DNA of 63,745 bases, filler included, from Octopus bimaculoides (lineage: Eukaryota), in the NCBI RefSeq assembly GCF_001194135.2. It is 5 parts of 5 records of this genome, joined end to end, with 100 filler letters (N's around TTAATTAATTAA, not from the genome) between each part and the next. Parts side by side here need not be neighbours in the genome. Positions count along the whole stretch, not along the records: positions 44,516 to 59,579 come from NC_068981.1; positions 59,680 to 62,531 come from NC_068988.1; positions 62,632 to 63,745 come from NW_026333021.1; 2 more parts are not named here. One strand, given 5' to 3'. This document shows positions 51,574-62,830 of the stretch, piece by piece. How positions within the stretch are numbered: position 1 is the first letter of the stretch; every line of letters starts with the position of its first letter. The notes under the pieces were generated by a model. The model saw nothing but the letters and a program-made list of their open reading frames with translations, made no database searches and had not been told where the DNA came from. Made by a program: the position numbers and the translations under genes.

Positions 51574-51880
51574 CAGTGATTCTCAACCAGGGACCATATG
51601 GGGGCCCATATAAGATTTTGGGGGGGGTCCACATAACGAAATAGCAAATTGGGAATCCACAATAGTATTTTAAGGACCCCTGAAAAATTTCAAGAAACAG
51701 CTAAGTTCCTTTCTTTAACTTTTTACATAGTTCTCCTTAGAGAAGTTATGAAAAACAGAATAGGGACTTTGAAAGAAGTTTCTGTAAAGCTAGTTTTTTA
51801 ACATCGAATGGCTATGAGGGTCCACTACAATAAAATAGTAATCAAAGGGTCCATTGGCAAAAAATGGTTGAGAACCCCTG
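51574..51880. mobile_element. hAT/Charlie-type MITE (307 bp)
   Basis: TIRs CAGTGATTCTCAACCA / rc CAGGGGTTCTCAACCA (14/16). 8-bp flanks TCCTAAGT / CTTTAAGT fit a decayed TSD with central TA. Confidence 0.85.
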
Positions 51881-52167
51881 CTTTAAGTAATCACTCAGTC
51901 TGCTTGAAATTACATTGCACCCTAATGTCCTAGAGAAAGAGAATGACACAGAAGATGACTGAAAACTGAAAAGTGGAGCAGACAATTGGTCAGGTTTCAC
52001 AAGTTTTTGTTTTAAACTACTTAAATTTATCTATGAGGGGAAAAAAGAAGAATTATTTGGATGTAAATTCAATTATTTCCTTATTAATTAGTGTCTGGAG
52101 GTTAAAAGATTTCACTAATTTTATTTTTTGAGAAAGTTCTAGTTCCTTCAGTTTGAGAATTTCTGAT

Positions 52168-52827
52168 ATAACTCTTTAGCATTTAAACTGGCCGTATCCA
52201 GCCCAAATACCCTATCTGTTTTATACTCAAGCCAGCCAGATTTATCCTCTCACATCTACCCTACAAGGTCCAAATTCGATGACTGGCACCCGTGCCAGTG
52301 GAGCACTAACAATACCATCCAAGTGGGATCACTGTCAGAGCAGCGGTCTTGCTTCCGTGCCAGTTGCACGTAAAAAGCACCATTTGAGCGCGATCGTTTC
52401 CAGCTTCGCCTTACTGGCACTTGTGCCAGTGGCCTGTGAATAAAACATTGGACTGACTCCTGTGCAGGTGCCACGTAAAAAAACACCATTTGAGCATGGC
52501 CATTGCCAGTACCGCCGGACTGGCTTCATGCCAGTGGCACGTAAAAAGCACCCACTACACTCTCAAAGTGATTGGTGTTAGGAAGGGCATCCAGCTGTAG
52601 AAATTCTGCCAGATCAGATTGGCGTCTGGTGTAGCCATCTGGTTCACCAGTCCTCAGTCAAATCATCCAACCCATGCTAGCATGGAAAGCGGATGTTAAA
52701 TGATGATGATGATGATGAATAACATCATCAAAATTTTGAAACTATCGGATAATGTACGATTAATTCAAAACAATTTGAAGAAACAAACATTACATTTGAC
52801 AGAATAATTTGAATGCTAAAAGGTTAA
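52168..52827. mobile_element. piggyBac-like MITE split by a nested RTE-tail insertion
   Basis: 52172-52277 and 52720-52823 match consecutive parts of the rc of 46194-46413. The right end is GAATGCTAAAAGG|TTAA. Confidence 0.8.
52278..52718 (+). mobile_element. RTE-tail retroposon with tandem ~66-bp units and (GAT)n tail
   Basis: Repeated CACGTAAAAAGCACCATTTGAGC units, then the conserved tail to TTAAATGATGATGATGATG. Confidence 0.85.
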
Positions 52828-53024
52828 AGGACTTCTAAGTGAGGTCCCAAATGTATTTACTGATACATACTATAACAAAAAAATAATCCAAGCATATCAA
52901 TTATATTTCACTCCCCATATGTGTGTGTGTGTGTGTGTGTAGTCAATTCAAATAAATGCATAAAAACAGACATGAAGACATGTATAAGATATGTATCAGC
53001 TTGACACTCGGTGAAAGGAGAGAG

Positions 53025-53058
53025 TTTGACTTTCCAAGCACAGCTCTTCATCAGAAAG
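53025..53058 (-). ncRNA. Decayed minimal hammerhead-like motif (canonical CUGAUGA core)
   Basis: rc: CTTT-CTGATGA-A-[GAGC tgt GCTT]-GGAAA-GTC-AAA. Same repeat family (TTGACACTCGG vs TGACGCTCGG), with both CpGs of GCTCGAAACGTC mutated. Confidence 0.5.
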
Positions 53059-53189
53059 GAGAAAGGGGAAAAGTCCAAGGAAGGAAAAGAAATCAACAGC
53101 AGGTGTGTAGTTACACTGCTGAAGTGTGTGTGTATACGTGTACATGTGTGTGCGTATGTGCATGGACACACACACACATACAAACATGT

Positions 53190-53353
53190 ATATGCCATAG
53201 GCTTCCTTTCGATTTCTGTCCCAAATCCACTCACAAGGCTTTGGTTGGCCTAGGACCATAAAAAAAGACACTTGCGCAAGATGTCACACAGTGGGACTGA
53301 ACCTGAAATTGTAGTTAGGAAGCAGACTTCTTTACCACCCAGCTATGCTTGCT
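53190..53353 (-). mobile_element. OK-like SINE 5' half, CpG-decayed
   Basis: rc of head and CORE-like segment (AAATCCACTCACAAGGCTTTGGTTGGCC..GACACTTG..AGTGGGACTGAACC). Confidence 0.8.
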
Positions 53354-53976
53354 CCTGATTATAAATAATAACAATCATTGTTGAGTTATGTCAATTAGTT
53401 TGTTAACTTACACCAAATGTTTTACATTTGGCTAAATCTCTATTTTTAATTAGAACTTTAATTTTATCAACTTTTTCATCTTTTGTATATATATTTTAAA
53501 TCTGCTCATTTCACTACAACCATTTTGTATTCATACAGCATGTTTATTAATATCATTCGTTAATTGTTCTGCAAAATGGTTTTAATTAAATAACGAAATC
53601 TTCAAAACTATCAGTCTGATTTAAATTGATTTATTTTTCCATGCTACTGTTTTATGTTCTGTTTGTTTTATTCATTTCAAAATTCAATAAATATTGGTAT
53701 TAGTAGCAGCTTAGTTTTCTTCAAGGAAGTGATTATTAATTTAAATTTTTCTAATATATTTTATTTGTTGGATGAAATGGTTGGCACCTCCAACTCTGAA
53801 TATTTCATGTTCTTGTAAGGAGAAAAAAAAGTTTACAGTCAAAGAACATCCCAGAGGGAATTGACAGATGTTTTTGCTAAGAATCCAGCACAGATAAATT
53901 CCAAAACTAAACATTTTAAAGTGAAACAGTATAAAGAAGTGCGTGTGTGAATGTATGTTGCTATAAGGTAGAACCA

Positions 53977-54189
53977 AGGCAGCAAGTTAGTAGAATTGTT
54001 AACATGACAGACAAAATGCTTAGTGGAATTTCATCCGGATTTACATTCTAAGTTCAAATTCCACAAAGGTCGACTTTGCCTTTCATCCTTTTTGGATTGA
54101 TAAAATAAGGACAAGTTGAACACTGGGATCGATTTAATCAATTCACCCCCTCCCCAAAAAATTGCTGGCCTTGTGCCTAAATTTGAAAC
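53977..54189 (+). mobile_element. tRNA-derived SINE with Meta/Sauria-like central domain
   Basis: GAGTTCAAATTCC-like box B, then GGTCGACTTTGCCTTTCATCCTTT..G..GATAAAATAAG, resembling the Sauria/MetaSINE core GTTGACTCAGCCTTCCATCCTTCCGAGGTCGGTAAAATGAGTACC (from memory). Confidence 0.75.
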
Positions 54190-54225
54190 TACTACAAAGT
54201 AAAACTTAGGTAAAACAGGTATGAG

Positions 54226-54294
54226 CATCCAGCTGTGGAAAACCTACCTCAATGAATTTTATCTGAACCATGCAAATATGGAAAGAGGTTAAAC

Positions 54295-54342
<48 letters not shown>
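54226..54342 (+). mobile_element. RTE-type tail end with long (GAT)n
   Basis: GCATCCAGCTGTGGAAAA...AACCATGCAAATATGGAAA..TTAAAC then about 15 GAT units. Confidence 0.7.
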
Positions 54343-54343
<1 letters not shown>

Positions 54344-54344
54344 A

Positions 54345-55010
54345 CTTTGATAAACTTAGCTGTCCCTCATAAGTGCAATTAAGTTGGTCAATCTCCGCTT
54401 GTGTCCATTTCAGGATGGGTGCACTATAGCGGACTACAGCAAGAGCCCATATGTTGATGAGAGTCACAAGGTTTCTTGAGTTGAGTTTTGATTTCAAGAG
54501 AAGTTTGAGGTGCTTGAAATATGCAGTGATGACCTTGCTTTTCATTTCTTTGTGCAAGATATTGTCCAGCTCCAGGATCCCAAGTTACTTGTACCCATCA
54601 TCATCCAGGTCTTCCATTCTCTCTCTGTTTGACAATTTTATCCCCCTACAATTTACTCTTTTCCCCCCACTTCAAAATAAGCACTGCACACTTTGAGATA
54701 CGTATTCCATCCCTATATCCTTGCTGCACATTTGAACAGTCTCAACCAGCCTCTCCATTTCAGGCTCTGTTTTTGTGAACAGTTTTAAATCATCCATGAA
54801 GAGAAGGCGGTCCATTCTTTCTCCGCTCATAGTGCTTGTTGGTTTTGCAAAGGACTACAGAAAGTGGAATCAGAGCTATAACAAATAACAGAGGTTTCTC
54901 CTTGGAAGATACCTTTTTTGATTGTTACCTCGGCTAAGTGCTGGTTGTTACAGGAGAGACATGTTTTCCAACTAGGCATACTGTTCTTCTTCTTATTATT
55001 ATTATTATTA
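54345..55010 (-). pseudogene. R4/Dong-like (RLE) non-LTR retrotransposon RT remnant
   Basis: VTIKKGIFQGE...RLLFMDDLKL...DIGME...GYKYLGILELDNILHKEMKSKV..AYFKHLKLLLKSKLNSRNLVTLINIWALAVVRYSAPILKWT matches GIFQGDSLSP, HLLFMDDLKL, YKYLG, KSKLN and INTWAxxVxRYS. Confidence 0.85.
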
Positions 55011-56151
55011 TTTAATTCAGAAAAGATTCTTTGATAACAAGGTAACTGTTTATCTAGATTTCTATCTCTGCTGTTCAAGAATGTTTAAAGGGTGCCGATT
55101 GTGAGGGCACTATCCTTAACTAAAGTCCTGATTTATCTTTCATAAGTTTGGTCGTTCAACGAAAGCCATCGTTTTCATTTCAGTAACTTTTAGTTACTTT
55201 TTCTTAAACAAACAAAGCAAATCTCCAAAGACTGTAATTTGCTTTCCTGAATACTTTGTTTCCTAAAGATAAAAATCAGTTGAGATTTTATCAACAGAAT
55301 ACATCTAATTTTCTTTTAATTAAAATGAAAAATTACAGAAAATACAACTATATTTTAATGGCAAATTTCTAAAGAATAAAGAAAGCATTGTTCTAATGAC
55401 AGACATGTAAAAAGACTATTTTCAAATATAAAATCATTTTATAAGGAATCATTTTATTATTTTGTATCTTTTATAAAATAAAAATTTTATTTTAATTTTA
55501 AGTGAAGAATTTAATCTCTACCTTTGATAATACTGATATTTTCTTCAATTATTTTCATCTTGTTTTGTTGGAGTTATCAGACTAATATTTAATGTTTTCT
55601 ATTTGTATTTACTGTATTCTTTAATTCTGTATAAGAAGATATATTTAATTTTACTCTTTAATAATGTTGGTTTAATAATTTTGGCTTTTACTCAATAATA
55701 ATTTTGAAAGATAAAATGCATTGGTCAACTGAATGATCAGGATTTCAACCTACGTCAAATGAACTGTCTCCTCACTTCTTCACAACTGGCTGATCTTGTA
55801 CCTCTACCACACAAGCTCCCCTACTCCATCTTACGCCTGTTTCCACTTCTTGATATCTTTTTTTGCTTTCAACCCTCTCAGGCATCTTACTCTAACTGTA
55901 TACCCCAAAACATTGGCCCTTTTGGAGTCCTTCTCTTAATCATGTCTTTCCTACAGGTATTAACTTATAAAGATTCAAGAAGAATTTTAACAGCATCAAG
56001 CTCATCAGTCTTGGAAGACCTGCAAGGATCATGGACCCTGTGCTTTTGTCAAAATTCAAACTGAGGCTTAGATCTGTTGTGTGCCCCAGGAATTCTAAAA
56101 CTGTAACTTAACCTGGTTTTCATAGCATATATTTGACCAAAATTATAACAC

Positions 56152-56270
56152 TCACCCCTGAATGGAATCCCAGCCTGTCTTGGGGTTAACTTCCCAGTTG
56201 TTGCTAGAATTCACTTACAGCTGAGTGAACTGGAACAACATGAAAATGAAGTGTTTTGCTCAAGAACACC
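56152..56270 (-). mobile_element. V-domain-like SINE fragment
   Basis: rc GTTCTTGAGCAAAACACTTCATTTTCATGTTGTTCCAGTTCACTCAGCTG matches 31405-31490. Confidence 0.6.
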
Positions 56271-57853
56271 ATGTATAATATTTTCTTTCAGATATTTCTG
56301 AGTAAGGCTTAAATATCTATTTTTTATATAAACGAAATTTTTATGTTCCATGGTGTGTCATGTAATTTGATTGCATCCTGTATTTCCCTTTTAAATTTTC
56401 TTTATTAAGTAAGTCTCTCTTCTTTCAGTTCTTTATGACTCAGAGCACATCCTTGTGACAGACACTTGGGAGTTAATTTCAATTTATTTTTATTTCGAGA
56501 ATTTTAAATAAAATGTCTGTATAGAATGTGGACATTAAATGATGATGATGTCTCTTTTAGAATATAAAATTATGAAGAAATCTTAGAGGTAAAGGAAATA
56601 TTGTGTAGAATATTGTTGTAAATATCAATTATGTTTCCTTATTCTAAAGGATCAAAGCAAATCATTACTGATTATCAATAAATATTTCAGTATTTATGCT
56701 TTTATTTGTAATTTTCCTCAACTAATAACTACAACATTTTGTCTATAATGGCCTTCAGGGTTTGTAGTTCATACATTATTGTAAAATCTTTAAATTATAT
56801 CCTAATGGATGATATTTCCAGCTTGCAGTTGAACATCTACCCTTACATTAAGAAATACATCTTTTACATTGTTTGAATGAAGATATACTGTTTCTTTGGT
56901 AATGTAAGGACTTTCCATTTTCCAAATGTTCACTTTGTTGTAAGAATTCAGAATATGTCCTTGGAATTGTCAGGTATTTCACTTGTGAGCTTTCTTCTAA
57001 TTTATTTTTATTCTTAAATTTCAAATCAAATATTACCCTTTCAAATGGAGTGGTCTCGCAGATAAACAAACTACTTTATTGGATGTCTGTTCTTAAATTT
57101 AATAAAGTACACCCAGTACACTCTACCAAGTAGCTGCAGTAGAAAAGAATATTTCCAGAAGTATGCAAATGCTTAAGTCTTTTCCATTATATTTATTCAA
57201 TATGAGGTCTTTTTACATTAAGACTATGCACTGTTCATGTTTTCCTGTGTTACTATGTGGCTAGCATATCCTGTCATCAAACTTCTCTTCTCAGGTAGAT
57301 ATGAAATAATCTTGTAGAATTTGGTTTCTGTGGTAAAATGGTCAACTGAATGGACTCAATACATTCACTCTGTAAATTGATTAGTGAATGGAAACAACAC
57401 AGACTGAACTCTTTAGTCTTGTTGAGAACTTGACAACCTCTCTACTGCTGGTGCCATGATATAAATGCACTCAGTTATACTGTCTGAAGTGGATGACAGT
57501 AAGAAAAAGCATTTCACTGTAGAAACCATACCAAATATGAGACCCATGTAGAGTAAGTAGTACCTCTGAATAATAACTGATTTGGTCCATAATAACCATC
57601 CACCTCATTGCCAACATTTACTAACACTGCTCCAGATTTGCCTTTGTACTCTTTCGTTTTTACGGCTCTTTTTACTGTTTATTTTTCCTATTTTTTATTT
57701 TGTTTACTCTGAAATCACTTTTGACTTTCAATACCATCTTTCTTTATTTGACTTGGGTCTGCTTTCTGTCCCCTCTTCTACCTTTTCCCTAATAAGTTGT
57801 AGTGCACATGAATACTGAATATAATATCATTTTGGTTATTACTGCTATTATCA

Positions 57854-58075
57854 GGGCAATGAGCTGGCAGATTCATTAGCACATCAGGCAATATGCTTAG
57901 CAGTATTTCGTCTGTCTTTACATTCTGAGTTCAAATTCCATTGAGGTTGACTTTGCCTTTCATCCTTTCAGTGTCGATAAATTAAATACTAGACAAGTAC
58001 TGAGGTCCATGTGATTGACTTACCTGCTCCCCACAAATTTCAGGCCTTGCATCTATAGTACAAAAGATTATTATA
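57854..58075 (+). mobile_element. Meta-domain-like SINE, copy 1 of head-to-tail pair
   Basis: GGCAATGAGCTGGCAG...GAGTTCAAATTCC..GAGGTTGACTTTGCCTTTCATCCTTTC..GTCGATAAATTAA...GGCCTTG..AAGATTATT. Confidence 0.85.
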
Positions 58076-58084
58076 ATTATCATT

Positions 58085-58303
58085 AAGGCAATGAGCTGGC
58101 AAAACCATTAGTACACTGGTCAAAATGATCAGCAGCATTTTGTTTGTCTTTGTTCTGTGTTCAAGTTCTGCTGAAGTCAATTTTGTTTTTCATCCTTTTG
58201 GGGCCACTGGAATAACTACTAATTGAGTACTGGAGGCAATGTAATCGACCAGCCTTCTCCATCAAAATTTCCGGCCTTGTGCCTATAGGAGAGAAGATTA
58301 TTA
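58085..58303 (+). mobile_element. Meta-domain-like SINE, copy 2 (more diverged)
   Basis: Same organisation, starting within the (ATT)n tail of copy 1. Confidence 0.75.
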
Positions 58304-59280
58304 TTGTTGTTGTTGTTGTTGCTATTATTTATAAAAGCAAACGTAAAACAAAGATATCTTAATCTATTTAATCAGCTATAATGAATAACTTCTAATACAT
58401 TAGTCTCTAAAATTTTCATATATTCCATTATAGCCTAACAGTTTGGCTTCATTTAACAAGATTATGAAAATTACTTTAGAACACAGAAAAATAAACTATT
58501 TGTCACAGTAAATATATGAGTTTGTTTGGGGTTTTTTTTCTTTTGTATTTTTGTTTGTAGTTCCTTCAAAAAGTATTTATACACAAAGTTAACTTTTATT
58601 AATAATTTGTTTTAATTCACTTCAAATGCTAATATTTTTCTCCAACATAATCAATGAACTTACTTTCAAATAGAGTTATACTAAATACTGTATATGTGAC
58701 TTACTTCATAATGTTGGGTTTCTGTGTCATGAAAAAAGTTTTTAAAGATATTCCTCATTTTTAAATATGTCCAATTCAATTTGCTAAAAGAAATATTTTA
58801 ATTTAAAATAGTCTTTTTTTATTTATTTGCATATACCCAAGAGTGTATGTGAGAGAGAGAGGGGGGAGAGAGAGAGGGGGGAGAGAGAGAGAGAGAGAGA
58901 GAGTGGAGGGAAAGGTGAGAAAATGAGTGAGAGTTATGCAAATATTTTTTTTTTATTTGGTTTGCACTAAAATATTTTTAACATGTGTTTATTTTTTAAA
59001 GCACCTGTTTTGATCATTTTAAAATTGGCAGAATACACACACACACACATATAAAGCCAATTAAAATGCTAAATATTTTATAGACATTTTAAAATTGTAA
59101 ATGATTTATTTCTTACAAGCATATTAAAATTCCAAGTGCAATTTGTTCTTGTGATGGAAAAAGGTGATGGCGAAATATTTGAGAAGTAACACTAAATAAA
59201 TTTCAAGTTAATTCTGGCAAGTTGGAAAGAGAAAAAACCTTATCACTTCTTGGGTCTGATTTTATCACAATATGAATAGA

Positions 59281-59380
59281 TGCAGGCATGGCTGTGTGGT
59301 AAGCAGTTTGCTTCCCAGCCACATGGTTCCTAGTTCAGTCCCACTGTATGGTACCTTGAGCAAGTGTCTTCTACTGTAGC
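59281..59380 (+). mobile_element. OK-like SINE head, interrupted
   Basis: GCAGGCATGGCTGTGTGGTAAG...GTTCAGTCCCACTG..CCTTGAGCAAGTGTCTTCTACTGTAGC. Confidence 0.85.
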
Positions 59381-59579
59381 TTTCATCATAATCATCATCA
59401 TCGTTTAACGTCCGCTTTCCATGCTAGCATGGGTTGGACGATTTGACTGAGGACTGGTGAAACCGGATGGCAACACCAGGCTCCAGTCTAATTTGGCAGA
59501 GTTTCTACAGCTGGATGCCCTTCCTAACGCCAACCACTCAGAGAGTGTAGTGGGTGCTTTTACGTGTCACCCGCACGAA
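59381..59579 (-). mobile_element. Young RTE-tail retroposon with CpGs intact, cut by scaffold join
   Basis: (CAT)nCGTTTAACGTCCGCTTTCCATGCTAGCATGGGTTGGACGATTTGACTGAGGACTGG is the rc of 52540-52718 with more CpGs. Confidence 0.9.
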
Positions 59580-59679
59580 NNNNNNNNNNNNNNNNNNNNN
59601 NNNNNNNNNNNNNNNNNNNNNNNTTAATTAATTAANNNNNNNNNNNNNNNNNNNNNNNNNNNNNNNNNNNNNNNNNNNN
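59580..59679. other. Artificial scaffold-join spacer N44-TTAATTAATTAA-N44
   Basis: Same 100-bp construct. Confidence 0.95.
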
Positions 59680-59712
59680 GTGTGTGTGTATATGTATATA
59701 TATATATATATG

Positions 59713-59794
<82 letters not shown>

Positions 59795-59846
59795 GTTTTA
59801 AATTTCTGAGCAAGAAATAATTTTGTAAAGTCTACAGAGTAAGGTC

Positions 59847-60025
59847 TACTTGCCAATGTAAAGTGGCAGTGCTCATTAAGACAGCATTACTACCTTTTTT
59901 TAGTACCAGTTAAACATCTTTTCCAGCTGGCTCTCGACGTAGAACTGCTGGAAAAGATGTTTTACTGGGGCTAAAAAAGGTAGTAATACCGTCCTAACCA
60001 GGACTGCCATTTATGTTGGCAAATA
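59847..60025. repeat. Long palindrome / foldback element
   Basis: Arms 59847-59927 and 59947-60025 are reverse complements (about 67/81 identical by eye), with a 19-nt loop. Confidence 0.85.
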
Positions 60026-60572
60026 AACTCATACTCACACACATATACATACAGAGAGAGAGAGGTCTTGTAAGAGAGAGAGACAGATTATGAATTATAA
60101 TATACATGCATATACAGGTGCACATACGCATACAGGCACACAGGCACACAGGCACACACACACATACACACATTTCATACTTCTGTAACTGAGGAGTTAA
60201 TCTTTCTCAATCTTCACAGCATTTCCGTAATATTTAAATCATGCTCGTTATGTATTTAGTTAATACGGGTCCGGCTAGATATGACATATTCAGAAGTCCC
60301 TACCTTGTGAAGTTACATTAATTTCTTTCTTAATATTGCACTTATCAAAAATCATTGCATGCATATATTATTATTTATTTATATCTTTTATATCTTGGTT
60401 ATGAGACAATTTGGCACAGCTCTTTTGTATGTATGTATGTATGTATGTATGTATGTATGTATGTATATATATATATATATATGGGAGAATATACAAATAA
60501 TAACAACAGACGAGGACAGGTGGTGTAAATAACAAAAGGATATATTAGTATGACGCTCGGGAATATGGAAAG

Positions 60573-60609
60573 TCTTTGACGTTTCGAGCTACGCTCTTCA
60601 ACAGAAAGA
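60573..60609 (-). ncRNA. Minimal hammerhead-like motif, CUGUUGA core variant, best-formed copy
   Basis: rc: TCTTT-CTGTTGA-A-[GAGC gta GCTC]-GAAAC-GTC-AAAGA. Perfect 5-bp stem I, 4-bp stem II, loopless palindromic ACGT stem III, GUC triplet. Confidence 0.65.
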
Positions 60610-60667
60610 ATACGGAGACAAGGAGGAAAACACGGAGAAAAAAAATTGAATAGTGTTCAGTCAACGG

Positions 60668-60703
<36 letters not shown>

Positions 60704-60853
60704 TTATTTATTTATTCATTTATGTGTTTCAGCCAAGTGGCTGCGGTCATGCTGGCATATATATATATATATTATTTTTGGGTAGTTTTTGACTTTTTTA
60801 GTCCCTCTAAGCGTGAGGCATTACTATATAGTTAATGCCCTTATATAAATTAT

Positions 60854-60888
<35 letters not shown>

Positions 60889-61702
60889 ACGTACATATCT
60901 ATGTGTATATAAATAAATAAATAGATATATGTGTATGTATATATGTATGTATATATATAAAGCATAATGGGAATAGAACATACGTGTGTGTGTGTGCGTC
61001 TTTGTGTGTATATGCACATATATATATATACATACATACTGATCCTTTACGTATTCATTTGTTTATACGTTCCGTCTGATTCGAATGTGTATGTGATAGT
61101 TACTGGTGTATTTCATCGTTGGAGACACTTTTCAGTTGAAGTTTTGTCCATAAGATCCTTGATTCATGAGCGTGAAATCCCGAGTGAATAGAGTGGTTTA
61201 TGAACACACACACCTGAAAGAAGTTGTTCACTAATGACGAAACACAATAGTGACTGGCATTTTCACGTTCGATTCCCCTAGAACATACTAAAATGAATGT
61301 ACAATTGATCGCTTTGATTCTCTCAATCCACCGTGCCATTGACGATTTGTACTTACATGTGAGCGTGTGCGTGTGTATTTGTGTGTGTATGTAGGTATGT
61401 ACTCATGTATGTGTATGTGTGTATGTGCATGTGCATGTAGCTTCACGAGAACAATTGAAAACCAGTCACATGACTTTATATTAACTTTTATTTATATTGA
61501 TGGTATACACACTGTTAAATCGGAAGGGGTTCGTATAACTATCAGTGATACAATTTCTGAGATTAAGTTGTAGTGTCTGACATATTTCTTTGAGACTTTT
61601 CTTTTAGAAATGTAATTATAGTGTTTTATGTTTGTTTTATCTCTCCTTCATCACTGTCAACAAGTAATCCCTTCTGTACATAAAAAAAGACTCATTCACA
61701 CA

Positions 61703-61742
<40 letters not shown>

Positions 61743-62531
61743 CACATAAACACACACATGAGCATAGATGTACGATTTGAAGTGTCTATCGGTACTTTAA
61801 TTTTCCGACTATAAGAAATCGGTCGAATTTGAAATTAAAAAATAAAGATTTGTCATTAAATAAGGCTTGCATTTTTGTTCAACCCTTTCACGATTCCATA
61901 AATTCAGTGCCCTTAATATTTTTGATAAATGTTTAGGAGATAACATTCATTTATATTGACTACTACACTTGACTAGTACATTATTTTACTGACCATAAAT
62001 GGAATTAAAGGCAAATTGACAACTGCTTTGAATTATTAGTAACATATGATCAATATTATAAAACGTTTTTGGAAATTAAATTAACTCCTGCACCTGACCG
62101 GTACAATATTTTATTGATGCTGGAATGATAAAACCGTTACCTCTATCGGATTTCAAGGTAAAACGTAAAGAGAAGGAACAAACGCCGTAGTCTTTGGTGG
62201 GGGTTTTACCCATCTTTCTAACGATCTAAGAATTCTAACAATACACCTATATTACACTATATTATGTTCATTCTCTGGAATAAGGAAAGGTTTGCAGAGG
62301 GATTTGTACTTTCCAAATCATATCTGGGATTCGCTTTCGATATCCTTGGAAACTTACTTCGCTAAAAGAGGAGTTAGTATTTTGAGTGTGTGTATGATAC
62401 ATAAATTTGTATTACTTATAACTAAAGTGCTCTATGGCTTTACAATTTCACTGTAAAATCTGTTAAGGGAGTTTACAATTTTGTAATATACAGCTATTAT
62501 TTGACTCGTTAAACTATATATATATATATAT

Positions 62532-62631
62532 NNNNNNNNNNNNNNNNNNNNNNNNNNNNNNNNNNNNNNNNNNNNTTAATTAATTAANNNNNNNNNNNNN
62601 NNNNNNNNNNNNNNNNNNNNNNNNNNNNNNN
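62532..62631. other. Artificial scaffold-join spacer N44-TTAATTAATTAA-N44
   Basis: Same 100-bp construct. Confidence 0.95.
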
Positions 62632-62695
62632 GAGGACAAATATCCATCAAATATAAATAATGTACATAATTCCTCATCTCTAAAATATTGAACAT

Positions 62696-62696
<1 letters not shown>

Positions 62697-62749
<53 letters not shown>

Positions 62750-62750
62750 G

Positions 62751-62815
<65 letters not shown>

Positions 62816-62830
62816 ATAAATAGATAGATA
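62697..62830. repeat. (GATA)n tetranucleotide microsatellite
   Basis: About 30 GATA units. Similar arrays at 3170-3237, 4733-4792 and 6790-6836. Confidence 0.95.

Noticed and set aside
60255-60295. Possible remnant hammerhead (rc CTGAATATGTCATATCTAGCCGGACCCGT)
   Set aside because: Too degenerate to support.
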